Shown here: positions 26,484-34,849 of the stretch, in pieces
How positions within the stretch are numbered: position 1 is the stretch's first letter
How the letters are laid out: each line of letters begins with the position of its first letter
Origin: an uncultured Candidatus Saccharibacteria bacterium
GTDB taxonomy: Bacteria > Patescibacteriota > Minisyncoccia > Phycocordibacterales > UBA9973
Assembly: GCA_964404925.1 (NCBI GenBank)
Contig: CAYOLW010000001.1
Location: forward strand, 2,106 to 66,105
Length of the DNA stretch: 64,000 bases
Reading direction: 5' to 3'
Translations under genes and position numbers: made by a program
Notes under the pieces: generated by a model
The model's input: the letters and a program-made list of their open reading frames with translations, nothing else
Told to the model about the DNA's origin: nothing
Databases searched by the model: none

Positions 26484-27830
26484 ATGGATACTAAACAGCT
26501 TTGGAAAAATTGCTTGGGGGAGATTGAACTTGGTGTTTCAAAAGCTAATTTCAGTACTTGGTTTAAAAATACCAGTATTGTTAAGGAGGATGGTGGTGTT
26601 ATATACATCGGTGTACCTAATGAATTCGTAAGAGACTGGCTGAAGAATAAATATCATAAACTAATAACCAAAACCCTTACAGATACCTACGACACATTAC
26701 GCGCTGTTGAATACATAATAAGTAAAACAGACCACAATAAAGCAGAACCGGCTCCGGTTATCGCTGAAAGCACTATAAACAAAGAGTTACCCCTAAAAGA
26801 CCTTTATGTCAGCCCAGAAGACAACCTAAATCCACGCTATCGTTTTGATTCTTTTATTGTTGGTGGTTTTAATGAGTTAGCTTATGCGGCCGCACAAGCA
26901 ATCATCGAATCTCCTGGTACAAAATACAATCCATTTTTTGTATATGGTAATACAGGGCTTGGGAAGACCCACTTATTACAGTCTGTTGGTAATGGTATTA
27001 AAGAAAAATACCCAAACAAAAAGGTTTATTACCTAACTTTGGAGAAATTTGCTACAGATTTTATAAATTCACTCCAAGGGAACAAAGCCAACTCTTTCAA
27101 AGAAAAATATAGAAAATATGACCTATTAATCATAGATGATATTCAATTTATTGGTAAAATGGAGAAAATACAAGAAGAATTGTTTCATACTTTCAATACT
27201 TTTTATGAAAGTAATAAACAAATTATATTTTCTTCTGACAAACACCCAAACTATATACCTGAATTAGCTGACCGGCTCAAGTCTCGTTTCGCTGCTGGTA
27301 TGATTGTGGATGTTTCAGAGCCAGAATATGAGTCTAGATTAGCTATTCTAAAAATAAAAACAAAAGAACAGGGTATTGAGTTAGAACAAGACAGCCTAGA
27401 ATTCGTGGCTTCGTCTATTCGAGGGAATATAAGAGAGCTTGAAGGTTGTCTAAACTCAATCGCATGCCAAGCAAAACTAAAAGGGAAGCAATTGTCTTTA
27501 GTAGAGATCAAAAACATACTTAAGAACAATATAAAACCCAAGAAAACAGTAGCTGTAAAAGATGTGGTTAAGATAGTTAGCGACCATTACAACATCGAGG
27601 AAGCCGCTGTATACGACAAAACAAGACGTAAAGAAATTGTACGTGCTAGACAATTAATAATGTATATCTTGCGGGAAGATTTTAATGTTTCCTACCCTTT
27701 AATTGGACAGAAACTTGGTGGTAAAGATCACACAACCGTTATTCACTCTTATTTAAAAATTAAAGAGGACTTAAAAAATGATCCACAGTTATTACAAGAG
27801 TTGGAGCAGGTGCGTATTATGTTTAAATAG
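26484..27830 (+). CDS. dnaA: Chromosomal replication initiator DnaA.
   Basis: Walker A is GNTGLGKTHL and the box is IDDIQFIGKMEKIQEEFFHTFN. The C-terminal DNA-binding domain has the DnaA signature ...IGQKLGGKDHTTVIHS. Confidence 0.95.
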   Translation: MDTKQLWKNCLGEIELGVSKANFSTWFKNTSIVKEDGGVIYIGVPNEFVRDWLKNKYHKLITKTLTDTYDTLRAVEYIISKTDHNKAEPAPVIAESTINKELPLKDLYVSPEDNLNPRYRFDSFIVGGFNELAYAAAQAIIESPGTKYNPFFVYGNTGLGKTHLLQSVGNGIKEKYPNKKVYYLTLEKFATDFINSLQGNKANSFKEKYRKYDLLIIDDIQFIGKMEKIQEELFHTFNTFYESNKQIIFSSDKHPNYIPELADRLKSRFAAGMIVDVSEPEYESRLAILKIKTKEQGIELEQDSLEFVASSIRGNIRELEGCLNSIACQAKLKGKQLSLVEIKNILKNNIKPKKTVAVKDVVKIVSDHYNIEEAAVYDKTRRKEIVRARQLIMYILREDFNVSYPLIGQKLGGKDHTTVIHSYLKIKEDLKNDPQLLQELEQVRIMFK

Positions 27831-28058
27831 CTGTGTATAAAGTGTTTATTTTTAATTAATGTTGTGTTAATTATTTGTTGAAAGAAAATTGTTTTTAGAA
27901 AGTTTTACCAATAGGTGTGTATAAACCAAAATTAACATAACAAGTAATCAACACCACTAATTCAATTCAAATCTTTATAAATAACACATAAAAGATTTAT
28001 CCACTTATCAACACCCCTAATAATATTAATAGATTTAATATATAAAGATATAAACATT
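27831..28058 (+). promoter_or_regulatory. Putative oriC, an AT-rich dnaA-dnaN intergenic region with at least four DnaA-box-like 9-mers.
   Basis: TGTGTATAA (reverse complement TTATACACA) occurs at 27832-27840 and 27916-27924. TTATCCACT is at 27997-28005 and TTATCAACA at 28005-28013. The region also has AT-rich tracts. Confidence 0.55.
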
Positions 28059-29156
28059 ATGAAACTCGAATGTGGGATAGAAAAAATTAAGAACGCGATT
28101 TCATTAACAGAGCGAGTAACAAGTGGTAATCTAACCCTACCAGTTTTAAACTCAATACTTTTAATTGCAGAAGGGAAGAATCTGAAACTTAGATCAACCA
28201 ATCTGTCTATTGGTGTAGAGGTGGATATACCAGCCAAGATTGAAGTAGAGGGAACTATAGCTATCACTGGAACGTCTCTTTCTAATGCTTTTACAAATAT
28301 ACACGGAAATGAAAACATCACCCTAGAGGTAGAGAATGGGAATCTTTTAGTTAAAACTAAAAAAAGTAAAATACGTTTTAAAGCAAACCCTCATGAAGAT
28401 TTCCCAACCATACCAAAAGTAGAAGGGAATAGTTTTGAAATTGAAAACAAAAAATTAATAGAAGGTATAAAATCAGTTTACTATAGTGCTTCAGTTACAG
28501 ATATTAAACCAGAAATATCAAGTGTTTATATTTATAAAGAGGAAGAGAACCTTGTTTTTGTATCTACAGATTCTTTTCGTTTAGCGGAGAAGAGGGTTAA
28601 AATAAAGAAAAGTTTTGATTTGAGTGGTATTTTAATACCTTATAAAAATATCCCAGAAATAATTAGGATTCTAGGTGAAGTGAATGAGGTTATTCAAGTT
28701 AGTTTTAATAAAAACCAAATATCTTTCTACGTTTCTGGTATATATTTAACATCCAGGATTGTTGACGGGGGTTTCCCTGATTATAAACAAATAATACCAA
28801 AAACATTTAGCACAGAAATTGTTTTACTTAAACAAGATTTATTGAACGCTTTAAAATTATCAAATATATTTTCTGACAAGTTCAATCAATTAAACTTAAA
28901 AGTTGATGTAAAAAATAAAAATTTAGAACTTTTTTCTGAGAATACTAATGTTGGAGAAAATAAAACTCAAATAGACGCAGCTATAACAGGAGAGGATACT
29001 GAATTAAGTTTTAATTATAAATATTTTCTAGACTGTTTTCCTTCATTAACTACAGATAGTGTAGTTATTAAAATAAACAACTCCTCAAAACCAATGGTTA
29101 TTGAACCTGTATCAGACAAGTCTTTTACTTACCTGGTAATGCCAATGAATAAGTAA
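28059..29156 (+). CDS. dnaN: DNA polymerase III beta sliding clamp.
   Basis: The gene is 365 aa, sits immediately after dnaA, and begins with MKLECGIEKIKNAISLTERVTS, a typical DnaN N-terminus. Confidence 0.9.
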   Translation: MKLECGIEKIKNAISLTERVTSGNLTLPVLNSILLIAEGKNLKLRSTNLSIGVEVDIPAKIEVEGTIAITGTSLSNAFTNIHGNENITLEVENGNLLVKTKKSKIRFKANPHEDFPTIPKVEGNSFEIENKKLIEGIKSVYYSASVTDIKPEISSVYIYKEEENLVFVSTDSFRLAEKRVKIKKSFDLSGILIPYKNIPEIIRILGEVNEVIQVSFNKNQISFYVSGIYLTSRIVDGGFPDYKQIIPKTFSTEIVLLKQDLLNALKLSNIFSDKFNQLNLKVDVKNKNLELFSENTNVGENKTQIDAAITGEDTELSFNYKYFLDCFPSLTTDSVVIKINNSSKPMVIEPVSDKSFTYLVMPMNK

Positions 29157-29160
29157 TCTT

Positions 29161-29418
29161 ATGCCAGAGATTAGCGAACTACTTCTACGTTTCGAAAAAA
29201 TACTTGGTGGACAAAGAAATCAAAAACACATAATTATTGAAATTGTAAAAGACAAAATAAATATATCTTTGAACACGGACTCAATAACACTTAAAAACGG
29301 AGTTGTTTTTTTTAAAGTTAAGCCAATTATTAAAAACGAAATCTTATTTAAAAAAGATGAGCTTTTAATGGAGATAAAAAAAGAAATTCCTGGTTTAGTT
29401 GTGGAGGATATTAGGTGA
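29161..29418 (+). CDS. Small protein (85 aa), possibly DUF721/DciA-like, in the position after dnaN.
   Basis: The position after dnaN fits. The C-terminal pattern LKNGVVFFKVKPIIKNEILFKKDELLMEIKKEI resembles the DUF721 fold pattern. This identification is weak. Confidence 0.35.
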   Translation: MPEISELLLRFEKILGGQRNQKHIIIEIVKDKINISLNTDSITLKNGVVFFKVKPIIKNEILFKKDELLMEIKKEIPGLVVEDIR

Positions 29419-31977
29419 TTATCGTACTTTAAAATGTACAACAGATTCTGTTTTGTTATATACAGAGTCGTAAACAATGAGTTTGAATTCGTTGTTGTCG
29501 GATAAATTAGTCAACTTGTTTGGTATAAAAGAGTAACTAAAAGGTATGCTTATTGTATCTAAATAAATTCCATTAATTAAAACATCAGCTTTTGTTATTG
29601 GGTACGCACCAGAACTATTAGCTTGTAAACTAATTAATTCATTAGCGTTGTAATATGTATCACTATTCGGTTGAATTATTTCAACCTTAGGTTTTGAACC
29701 TTCGGTGTGAAGTCTGTCTGTTTCAGATGGTTTTGTATATATAAAATCATTTCCATATCTATAGCTATTGTTTTTCCACCAGTTTTGTACACCAACTTCC
29801 CAGTGTGAGAATTGTGGGTCGTTGGATGGGTTGGTTGGGGGTGGACCCATAATGTTGTTTTTATTTACCCAATATAGGATGGAGTGAACATTTGTTAAAA
29901 CCTTCTCTACTCGAGTTTCTTTTGGTGTTAAATTGGTGGCTAAAGCACCAGTTAATTTATCAACATAAAAGCTTTCGTTTCCTTGCCACAAACCACGTAA
30001 TACTGGTTTGTACTCACTTGGGTCAAAGTATATATCAGGTTTTTCAAACTTTTCTTCAGGTAGTTTCGTTAAAGCATAAGAAATAAAATTATTCCAAATA
30101 GGACCTGCTACAGCCGAACCTCCTTTTTTCATTGGTTTATTGTCGTTATTACCAGCCCACACACCTACTGCTATGGATGGGGTATAACCAACAGTCCAAG
30201 CGTCTTTGTTGTTATTAGTGGTACCGGTTTTTACCGCCACCTGGTGTCCAGAAACTACTAGACTTGAATTTGATCCAAATGTTGGTGTGCGAGCAGTATT
30301 ATCAGATAAAATATCTGAAACCAACAATGCTGTGTTTCTTGGTAAAACATCAACTGGGTTTGGTTTATATTCTTCTAAAATATTTCCATCCCTATCCTCA
30401 ACCTTAAGTATTCCTGTGTATTTATTTTTTATACCACTATTAGCAAAAACACTATAAGCTGAAGTTATATCAAGTAAGCTTACTTCGCCACCTCCAATAA
30501 CAAGTGTTAATCCATAGCGGTTAATATCCGAAAGGGTTGTTATACCCATTTCCTCAGCTGTTTTTAAAGAGTCTTTAAGTCCAGATAAATAAAATAGTTT
30601 AACAGCTGGTATGTTTATAGATTGGGCTAATGCATTTCTGAGACTTAATGGTCCACGAAACTTGCCATCATAGTTGTCCGGCATATAACAATTTGCTTGA
30701 TCGCGTCCTGGTAGAGCTTTGCCATAAGGGTCACAGGTTGTTTGGAATTCAGTTGGCACATCAAATAAAACTGTATCAGGGGTAAAGCCTTTATTAAAAG
30801 CAGTAGCGTAGATAAATGGTTTAAAAGAAGAGCCTGGCTGCCTCACAGCTGTACCTACATTAAAGTTTCCATCAACCAACTTGTCATTGTAGTCACGAGA
30901 GCCTACCATTGTGATTAAATGCCCTGTTTTAGGGTCTATTGCTACAAGAGCAGCGTTGCTACCATTCCAGTCTTTTTCGTTCTGTAGAGCGCCGTTTTTC
31001 ACATATTCTTCAGCTTTTTGTTGCAAGTCATAATCAAGGGTGGTTGTGACTCGTAAACCTCTTTCTTCAACAGCCTCTTCGCCGTATTTTTTTTCTAAAT
31101 AATCCTTAATGAAGAAAACAAAATGAGGCGCTTTAATTCCACCAGCTTCTTTAGGCAAGAAAACAACAACTTCGTTTTTTGCTTTGTCATATTCTTCTTG
31201 GTTTATGTATCCAAGTTGTTTCATTCTAAATAAAACCAAGTTTTTTCTTTCATCTAATTTATCTCTATTTTTTCCATAAGGTGATAGTTTGGTTGGGGAT
31301 TGAGGTACAGCTGCCATATACGCAGCTTCAGTTACATTTAAATCATAAGAATGTTTACCAAAATATGTTTTAGAAGCTTCTTCAATTCCGTAGATAGTAC
31401 CTCCATAAGGTGCCTCGTTCAAATATAGTTCAAGTATTTTTTCTTTCGTTAGTTTTTGTTCAATCTTTATAGCTAAAACCCATTCTTTGATTTTGCGACT
31501 AATTTTCTTTTCGGATGTGAGTAAGGTGTTTTTAATAAGTTGTTGGGTTATGGTAGAACCACCTCCACCAATACCTATATTAAATATATTTGATAAAACT
31601 GCCCGAATCGTAGAGGTAACTCGCACACCACTATGTTGATAAAATTCAGCATCTTCGATGGCAACGGTTGCATTTTTGATATTAACCCCCATATCTCCAA
31701 AAGGAATACTAGTCCTTTTGGTATCGGCATGTATGTCGTACAACAACACTTCACCAGTCCTGTCATAAATTTTTGTTGAGTTTACAATCTTTCTATCCTC
31801 AAAGTCATTAAAATCAGGTATATCCATTAAAGACAACCAAACAACCAGGCTTCCTGTGGTTAGTAAAAATAAACTTAAAAAACCCATCCAAAAATTCTTA
31901 CCAAAAAAAAACTTTCTTTTTTTGTTTTTCTTTATATGAATAATATTTTTTAATATTTTCTTAGATTTTTTTATCAC
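29419..31977 (-). CDS. Class A penicillin-binding protein (bifunctional glycosyltransferase/transpeptidase, PBP1A-like) with an extra C-terminal domain.
   Basis: GT51 motifs are EDAEFYQHSGV and GGSTITQQLIKN. Transpeptidase motifs are SSFKP (SxxK) and KTGTT (KTG). The N-terminal membrane anchor is GFLSLFLLTTGSLVVWL. Confidence 0.9.
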   Translation of the reverse strand: MIKKSKKILKNIIHIKKNKKRKFFFGKNFWMGFLSLFLLTTGSLVVWLSLMDIPDFNDFEDRKIVNSTKIYDRTGEVLLYDIHADTKRTSIPFGDMGVNIKNATVAIEDAEFYQHSGVRVTSTIRAVLSNIFNIGIGGGGSTITQQLIKNTLLTSEKKISRKIKEWVLAIKIEQKLTKEKILELYLNEAPYGGTIYGIEEASKTYFGKHSYDLNVTEAAYMAAVPQSPTKLSPYGKNRDKLDERKNLVLFRMKQLGYINQEEYDKAKNEVVVFLPKEAGGIKAPHFVFFIKDYLEKKYGEEAVEERGLRVTTTLDYDLQQKAEEYVKNGALQNEKDWNGSNAALVAIDPKTGHLITMVGSRDYNDKLVDGNFNVGTAVRQPGSSFKPFIYATAFNKGFTPDTVLFDVPTEFQTTCDPYGKALPGRDQANCYMPDNYDGKFRGPLSLRNALAQSINIPAVKLFYLSGLKDSLKTAEEMGITTLSDINRYGLTLVIGGGEVSLLDITSAYSVFANSGIKNKYTGILKVEDRDGNILEEYKPNPVDVLPRNTALLVSDILSDNTARTPTFGSNSSLVVSGHQVAVKTGTTNNNKDAWTVGYTPSIAVGVWAGNNDNKPMKKGGSAVAGPIWNNFISYALTKLPEEKFEKPDIYFDPSEYKPVLRGLWQGNESFYVDKLTGALATNLTPKETRVEKVLTNVHSILYWVNKNNIMGPPPTNPSNDPQFSHWEVGVQNWWKNNSYRYGNDFIYTKPSETDRLHTEGSKPKVEIIQPNSDTYYNANELISLQANSSGAYPITKADVLINGIYLDTISIPFSYSFIPNKLTNLSDNNEFKLIVYDSVYNKTESVVHFKVR

Positions 31978-32029
31978 GGCCTTATTTTAGCTTAAAAACT
32001 ATGTATAATCCATACTAGTAACACAATCA

Positions 32030-32057
32030 AAAAACCTGGGTTACTCCCAGGTTTTTT
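32030..32057 (-). terminator. Bidirectional rho-independent terminator with an A-run, the stem acctggg/cccaggt, and a T-run.
   Basis: The sequence is aaaaaacctgggttactcccaggtttttt. It lies downstream of the small acidic ORF on the minus strand. Confidence 0.65.
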
Positions 32058-32066
32058 GATTTTTAT

Positions 32067-32231
32067 TCAGTATCCATCCTCATTGTCGTCGCCAAATCCA
32101 CCAAAAACTTTATCATCTTCTAAATCAAGATCATCCACCATTGGATCGAAATCATCAGCATCTTCTCCATCAAAATCTTTTTCTTCAGCTAAATCACCAC
32201 CCTCTTTCTCTTCTTCGTTTTTGTAACTCAT
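32067..32231 (-). CDS. Small extremely acidic protein (54 aa), not in the ORF track.
   Basis: Manual translation gives MSYKNEEEKEGGDLAEEKDFDGEDADDFDPMVDDLDLEDDKVFGGFGDDNEDGY. It is co-directional with and downstream of ruvB-ruvC, and is followed by a terminator. Confidence 0.35.
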   Translation of the reverse strand: MSYKNEEEKEGGDLAEEKDFDGEDADDFDPMVDDLDLEDDKVFGGFGDDNEDGY

Positions 32232-32337
32232 TTAAACAAAAATATATATAATTTTTTTACCGACCTTTTAATTTGAGTAATTAATATCAAAATATAAAAA
32301 CCAAAGCAAGACAATTTTTTTAAATATGTGGAAAACC

Positions 32338-32811
32338 CTACCTTAAGTGAGCAAAAGCAGTCAGGGCAATGGCAATAGCGTCAAGTTCGTCGTCTGAGTT
32401 TTTGCTTTTATCTAGGGTAATTAGTAATTTAACCATTTTAATTACATCTCTTTTTTCAGCACGGCCATACCCTGTTGTAGCTATTTTAATTTGCAGTGGT
32501 GTAGCTTCGAATACTTTTAGCCCAGCTAAGCCGCTTTCGTATACAACCACACCTCGTGCCTCAGCTACTTTCATAGCTGTTTTTTGGTTGGTGTTTAGAA
32601 AAAGAGTTTCTATGGATAGAACTTCTGGTTTGTATATATTAATTATTTCTTTAATTTTATTACCCACCAATACCAACCTCTCATTAAAAGGTAGGGTAGG
32701 GGAAGTTTTGAAGCATTCAGAAAAAACTAGGTTCTCTTTTGTGTTGCCAGTTTTTTCAACTATAGCTATTCCAAGTCTTTCATATCCAGGGTCTATTCCT
32801 AATATTCGCAT
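32338..32811 (-). CDS. ruvC: Holliday junction resolvase RuvC.
   Basis: The N-terminus MRILGIDPGYERLGIAIVE carries the catalytic Asp, and the length is typical. Confidence 0.9.
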   Translation of the reverse strand: MRILGIDPGYERLGIAIVEKTGNTKENLVFSECFKTSPTLPFNERLVLVGNKIKEIINIYKPEVLSIETLFLNTNQKTAMKVAEARGVVVYESGLAGLKVFEATPLQIKIATTGYGRAEKRDVIKMVKLLITLDKSKNSDDELDAIAIALTAFAHLR

Positions 32812-32817
32812 ACAAAT

Positions 32818-33807
32818 CTATTCTTTAAACTCGTAACCCAAATGCTCGTATGCTTTTTTTGTAGCGATGCGGCCGCGGGTTGTACGTTCGATTAAACCAA
32901 GCTGGATTAGGTATGGTTCAACCACTTCTTCTACTGTTGCATCTTCTTCACTCATGGCTGCTGCGATGGTTTTAAGCCCAACAGGGCCGCCGTTAAATTT
33001 ATCAATCACTATTTCTAAATACTTTCTGTCTCCATTATTTAAACCCAACTCATCTATTTCAAGCATAGCTAAAGCTTCCTTAACTAATTTTGTTTCTGGT
33101 TTTTTTTTACTTACTTGAGCAAAGTCGCGAACCCTTTTTAATAAATAGTTTGCAATACGAGGGGTGAATCGACTGCGAGTAGCTATTTCAAATAAAGCTT
33201 CTTTATCTACTTCAATGTTCAGTAGGTTGCTAGACCTTTTTAATATCTCAGCAACTTCTTGGTTAGTGTAGAACTCCATTCTAAAAGCTCCACCAGAAAA
33301 TCTAGACCGAAGAGGGGAGGATATCATTGCAGCTCGAGTAGTGGCCGCAATCATTGTAAATGGTGGTAGGTCAAGTTGGATGGTTCTAGCAGAAGGTCCT
33401 TTGCCAATTATAATGTCCAAAACACCAGACTCCATAGCTGGGTATAGAACCTCCTCAACCATTTTATTTAGTCGATGTATTTCATCAATAAATAAAATAT
33501 CTCCAGGAGATAGATTGGTTAGGATTGAAGCTAGATCACCAACCTTCTCAATTGCTGGTCCAGAGGTTATTTTCATTTGTTTACCAGTTTCTTTGGCGAT
33601 TAAGTGTGCCAAGGTTGTTTTTCCTAAACCTGGTGGTCCGTAAAAAAGGATGTGTTCGGGTGTGTGTCCGCGTTCATAGGCAGCCTGAAGGAGTATTTTA
33701 AGGTTGTCTTTTATGTGTTTTTGGCCAATATAGTCATCCCAAGATTGTGGCCGGAGTGTCTGGTCTAAATTGCTATCAGTATTAATTTCTTTTATATTGT
33801 TTTCCAT
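32818..33807 (-). CDS. ruvB: Holliday junction branch-migration helicase RuvB.
   Basis: Walker A is [11 protein letters not shown]. Walker B/sensor is [10 protein letters not shown], and the RuvB-specific C-terminal winged helix is present. Confidence 0.95.
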   Translation of the reverse strand: MENNIKEINTDSNLDQTLRPQSWDDYIGQKHIKDNLKILLQAAYERGHTPEHILFYGPPGLGKTTLAHLIAKETGKQMKITSGPAIEKVGDLASILTNLSPGDILFIDEIHRLNKMVEEVLYPAMESGVLDIIIGKGPSARTIQLDLPPFTMIAATTRAAMISSPLRSRFSGGAFRMEFYTNQEVAEILKRSSNLLNIEVDKEALFEIATRSRFTPRIANYLLKRVRDFAQVSKKKPETKLVKEALAMLEIDELGLNNGDRKYLEIVIDKFNGGPVGLKTIAAAMSEEDATVEEVVEPYLIQLGLIERTTRGRIATKKAYEHLGYEFKE

Positions 33808-33822
33808 TTTTCACTTGACCTT

Positions 33823-33838
33823 GTCGTTCGCGAACGAC
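33823..33838. promoter_or_regulatory. Perfect 16-bp palindrome GTCGTTCGCGAACGAC about 15 nt upstream of the ruvB start, a candidate operator (an SOS-box-like GTTC/GAAC core).
   Basis: The palindrome is exact and is flanked by the direct repeats TTGACC and TTGACA. Confidence 0.4.
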
Positions 33839-33842
33839 GGGG

Positions 33843-33871
33843 TTGACATATTAATTTAATTATGCTATATT
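33843..33871 (+). promoter_or_regulatory. Sigma70-like promoter with TTGACA, a 17-nt spacer and TATATT, pointing into a gene-free region.
   Basis: TTGACA at 33843-33848, a 17-nt spacer, and TATATT at 33866-33871. Confidence 0.45.
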
Positions 33872-33877
33872 ACAGAA

Positions 33878-34160
33878 AGTTTAAGATATTGACAGTTTAT
33901 CAACAGGCCTTTCCACATTATATCATTTGGCAGGGAAATTGAAGAGTTATAATTTAAAAGTAAGAGAAGAGGGTTCTAATCTCTAAGCAATCAGCCTCTG
34001 GTTCTACAGCTGTGCGTAGGACGTCCTGGATATTTATTAAATTTTCTGGGTCTATCCTTCAAGGAGTTGTTACTTTTGGGGCAAAGCCCTAAAAGGATTG
34101 TTTAGAGATTAGGATTCTTTTTTTATTTAAACCACCAAGTTAGGTGGTTTTTATATTTTA
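33878..34160 (+). ncRNA. Candidate small RNA of unknown identity (~280 nt), running from a promoter to an intrinsic terminator with no ORF and no ATG on that strand.
   Basis: The promoter at 33843-33871 and the terminator hairpin aaccacc-aagtta-ggtggtt plus T-run at 34128-34160 bracket the unit. An internal perfect palindrome aggacgtcct is present. No tmRNA, RNase P or SRP signature motifs were seen. Confidence 0.3.
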
Positions 34161-34849
34161 TACTTTTCGTAGTTTAAACAAAAATCTTTACCACCTACTT
34201 TAAAACTTGAGTACGAATCATTAATTATGTTCATTGCTTCTTCTGGTGTTTTAACGTGAAAGATTAGATTATAGTCTTCTTTGTCTAAATATTTTTTTGC
34301 TAAAGGTTCTTCTTTTATCCAACGGAGTAATCCTTCCCATTCGTTGCCCATTAAAATAATTGGAATGTTACAAATATGATGCACTTGCACAAGTTGCCAT
34401 GTATAAAAAAGTTCTAGGATTGTACCTAACCCCCCAGGGCATACTACCACTGCATTTGTAAGGGTCATAAATTCGTCTAGTCTTCCTGAGAAACGATTAA
34501 ACTGTTCTTTGTATTCTACTGAATCATTAAACTTTTGTTCCCAAGGAAGCTTTATCCCTATTCCTATAGAGTGTGCACCTGTTTTACCTATTGCTTGTCC
34601 TTCTAAATGACCTTCGTTGCCTGCTTTCATTAAACCAGGACCACCACCAGTTATTACATCGATACCTGTTTCCCCGAGCATTTTAGCTAAGTGTTTAACT
34701 TGTTTGTAGATTTCATCATTGTTTTCTATTCTCGAACTACCAAAAATGGTCACTCGGAAATGTTGCTTGTCTTTTTTTAAAAAAAAGTTGAACACCTTGT
34801 TTTTCATATGTTCCACTATAAGATTATTCTTCGTATAGGTCAACAACAC
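34151..34849 (-). CDS. LOG-family protein (putative cytokinin riboside 5'-monophosphate phosphoribohydrolase/lysine decarboxylase-like, TIGR00730 type).
   Basis: The GGGPGLMKAGNEG and PGGLGTILELF motifs match the LOG-family GGGxGxM and PGGxGTxxE. Confidence 0.8.
   Translation of the reverse strand: MLLTYTKNNLIVEHMKNKVFNFFLKKDKQHFRVTIFGSSRIENNDEIYKQVKHLAKMLGETGIDVITGGGPGLMKAGNEGHLEGQAIGKTGAHSIGIGIKLPWEQKFNDSVEYKEQFNRFSGRLDEFMTLTNAVVVCPGGLGTILELFYTWQLVQVHHICNIPIILMGNEWEGLLRWIKEEPLAKKYLDKEDYNLIFHVKTPEEAMNIINDSYSSFKVGGKDFCLNYEKYKI

Noticed and set aside
32369-32836. A 155-aa plus-strand ORF antisense to ruvC, and an 83-aa ORF antisense to ruvB.
   Set aside because: They lie fully inside strongly supported ruvC and ruvB genes on the opposite strand.
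34128-34160. The hairpin at 34128 as the terminator of the minus-strand LOG gene.
   Set aside because: On the minus-strand transcript the hairpin would be followed by an A-run, not a U-run. The U-tract is positioned for a plus-strand transcript.
33878-34160. Assigning the candidate sRNA to tmRNA, RNase P RNA, SRP RNA or 6S RNA.
   Set aside because: None of the diagnostic conserved motifs are visible by eye: there is no tRNA-like GGTTCGA T-arm, no P4 GGAAAGUCCGG, and no SRP domain IV GNRA/AGGUCAGG. The identity is left open.
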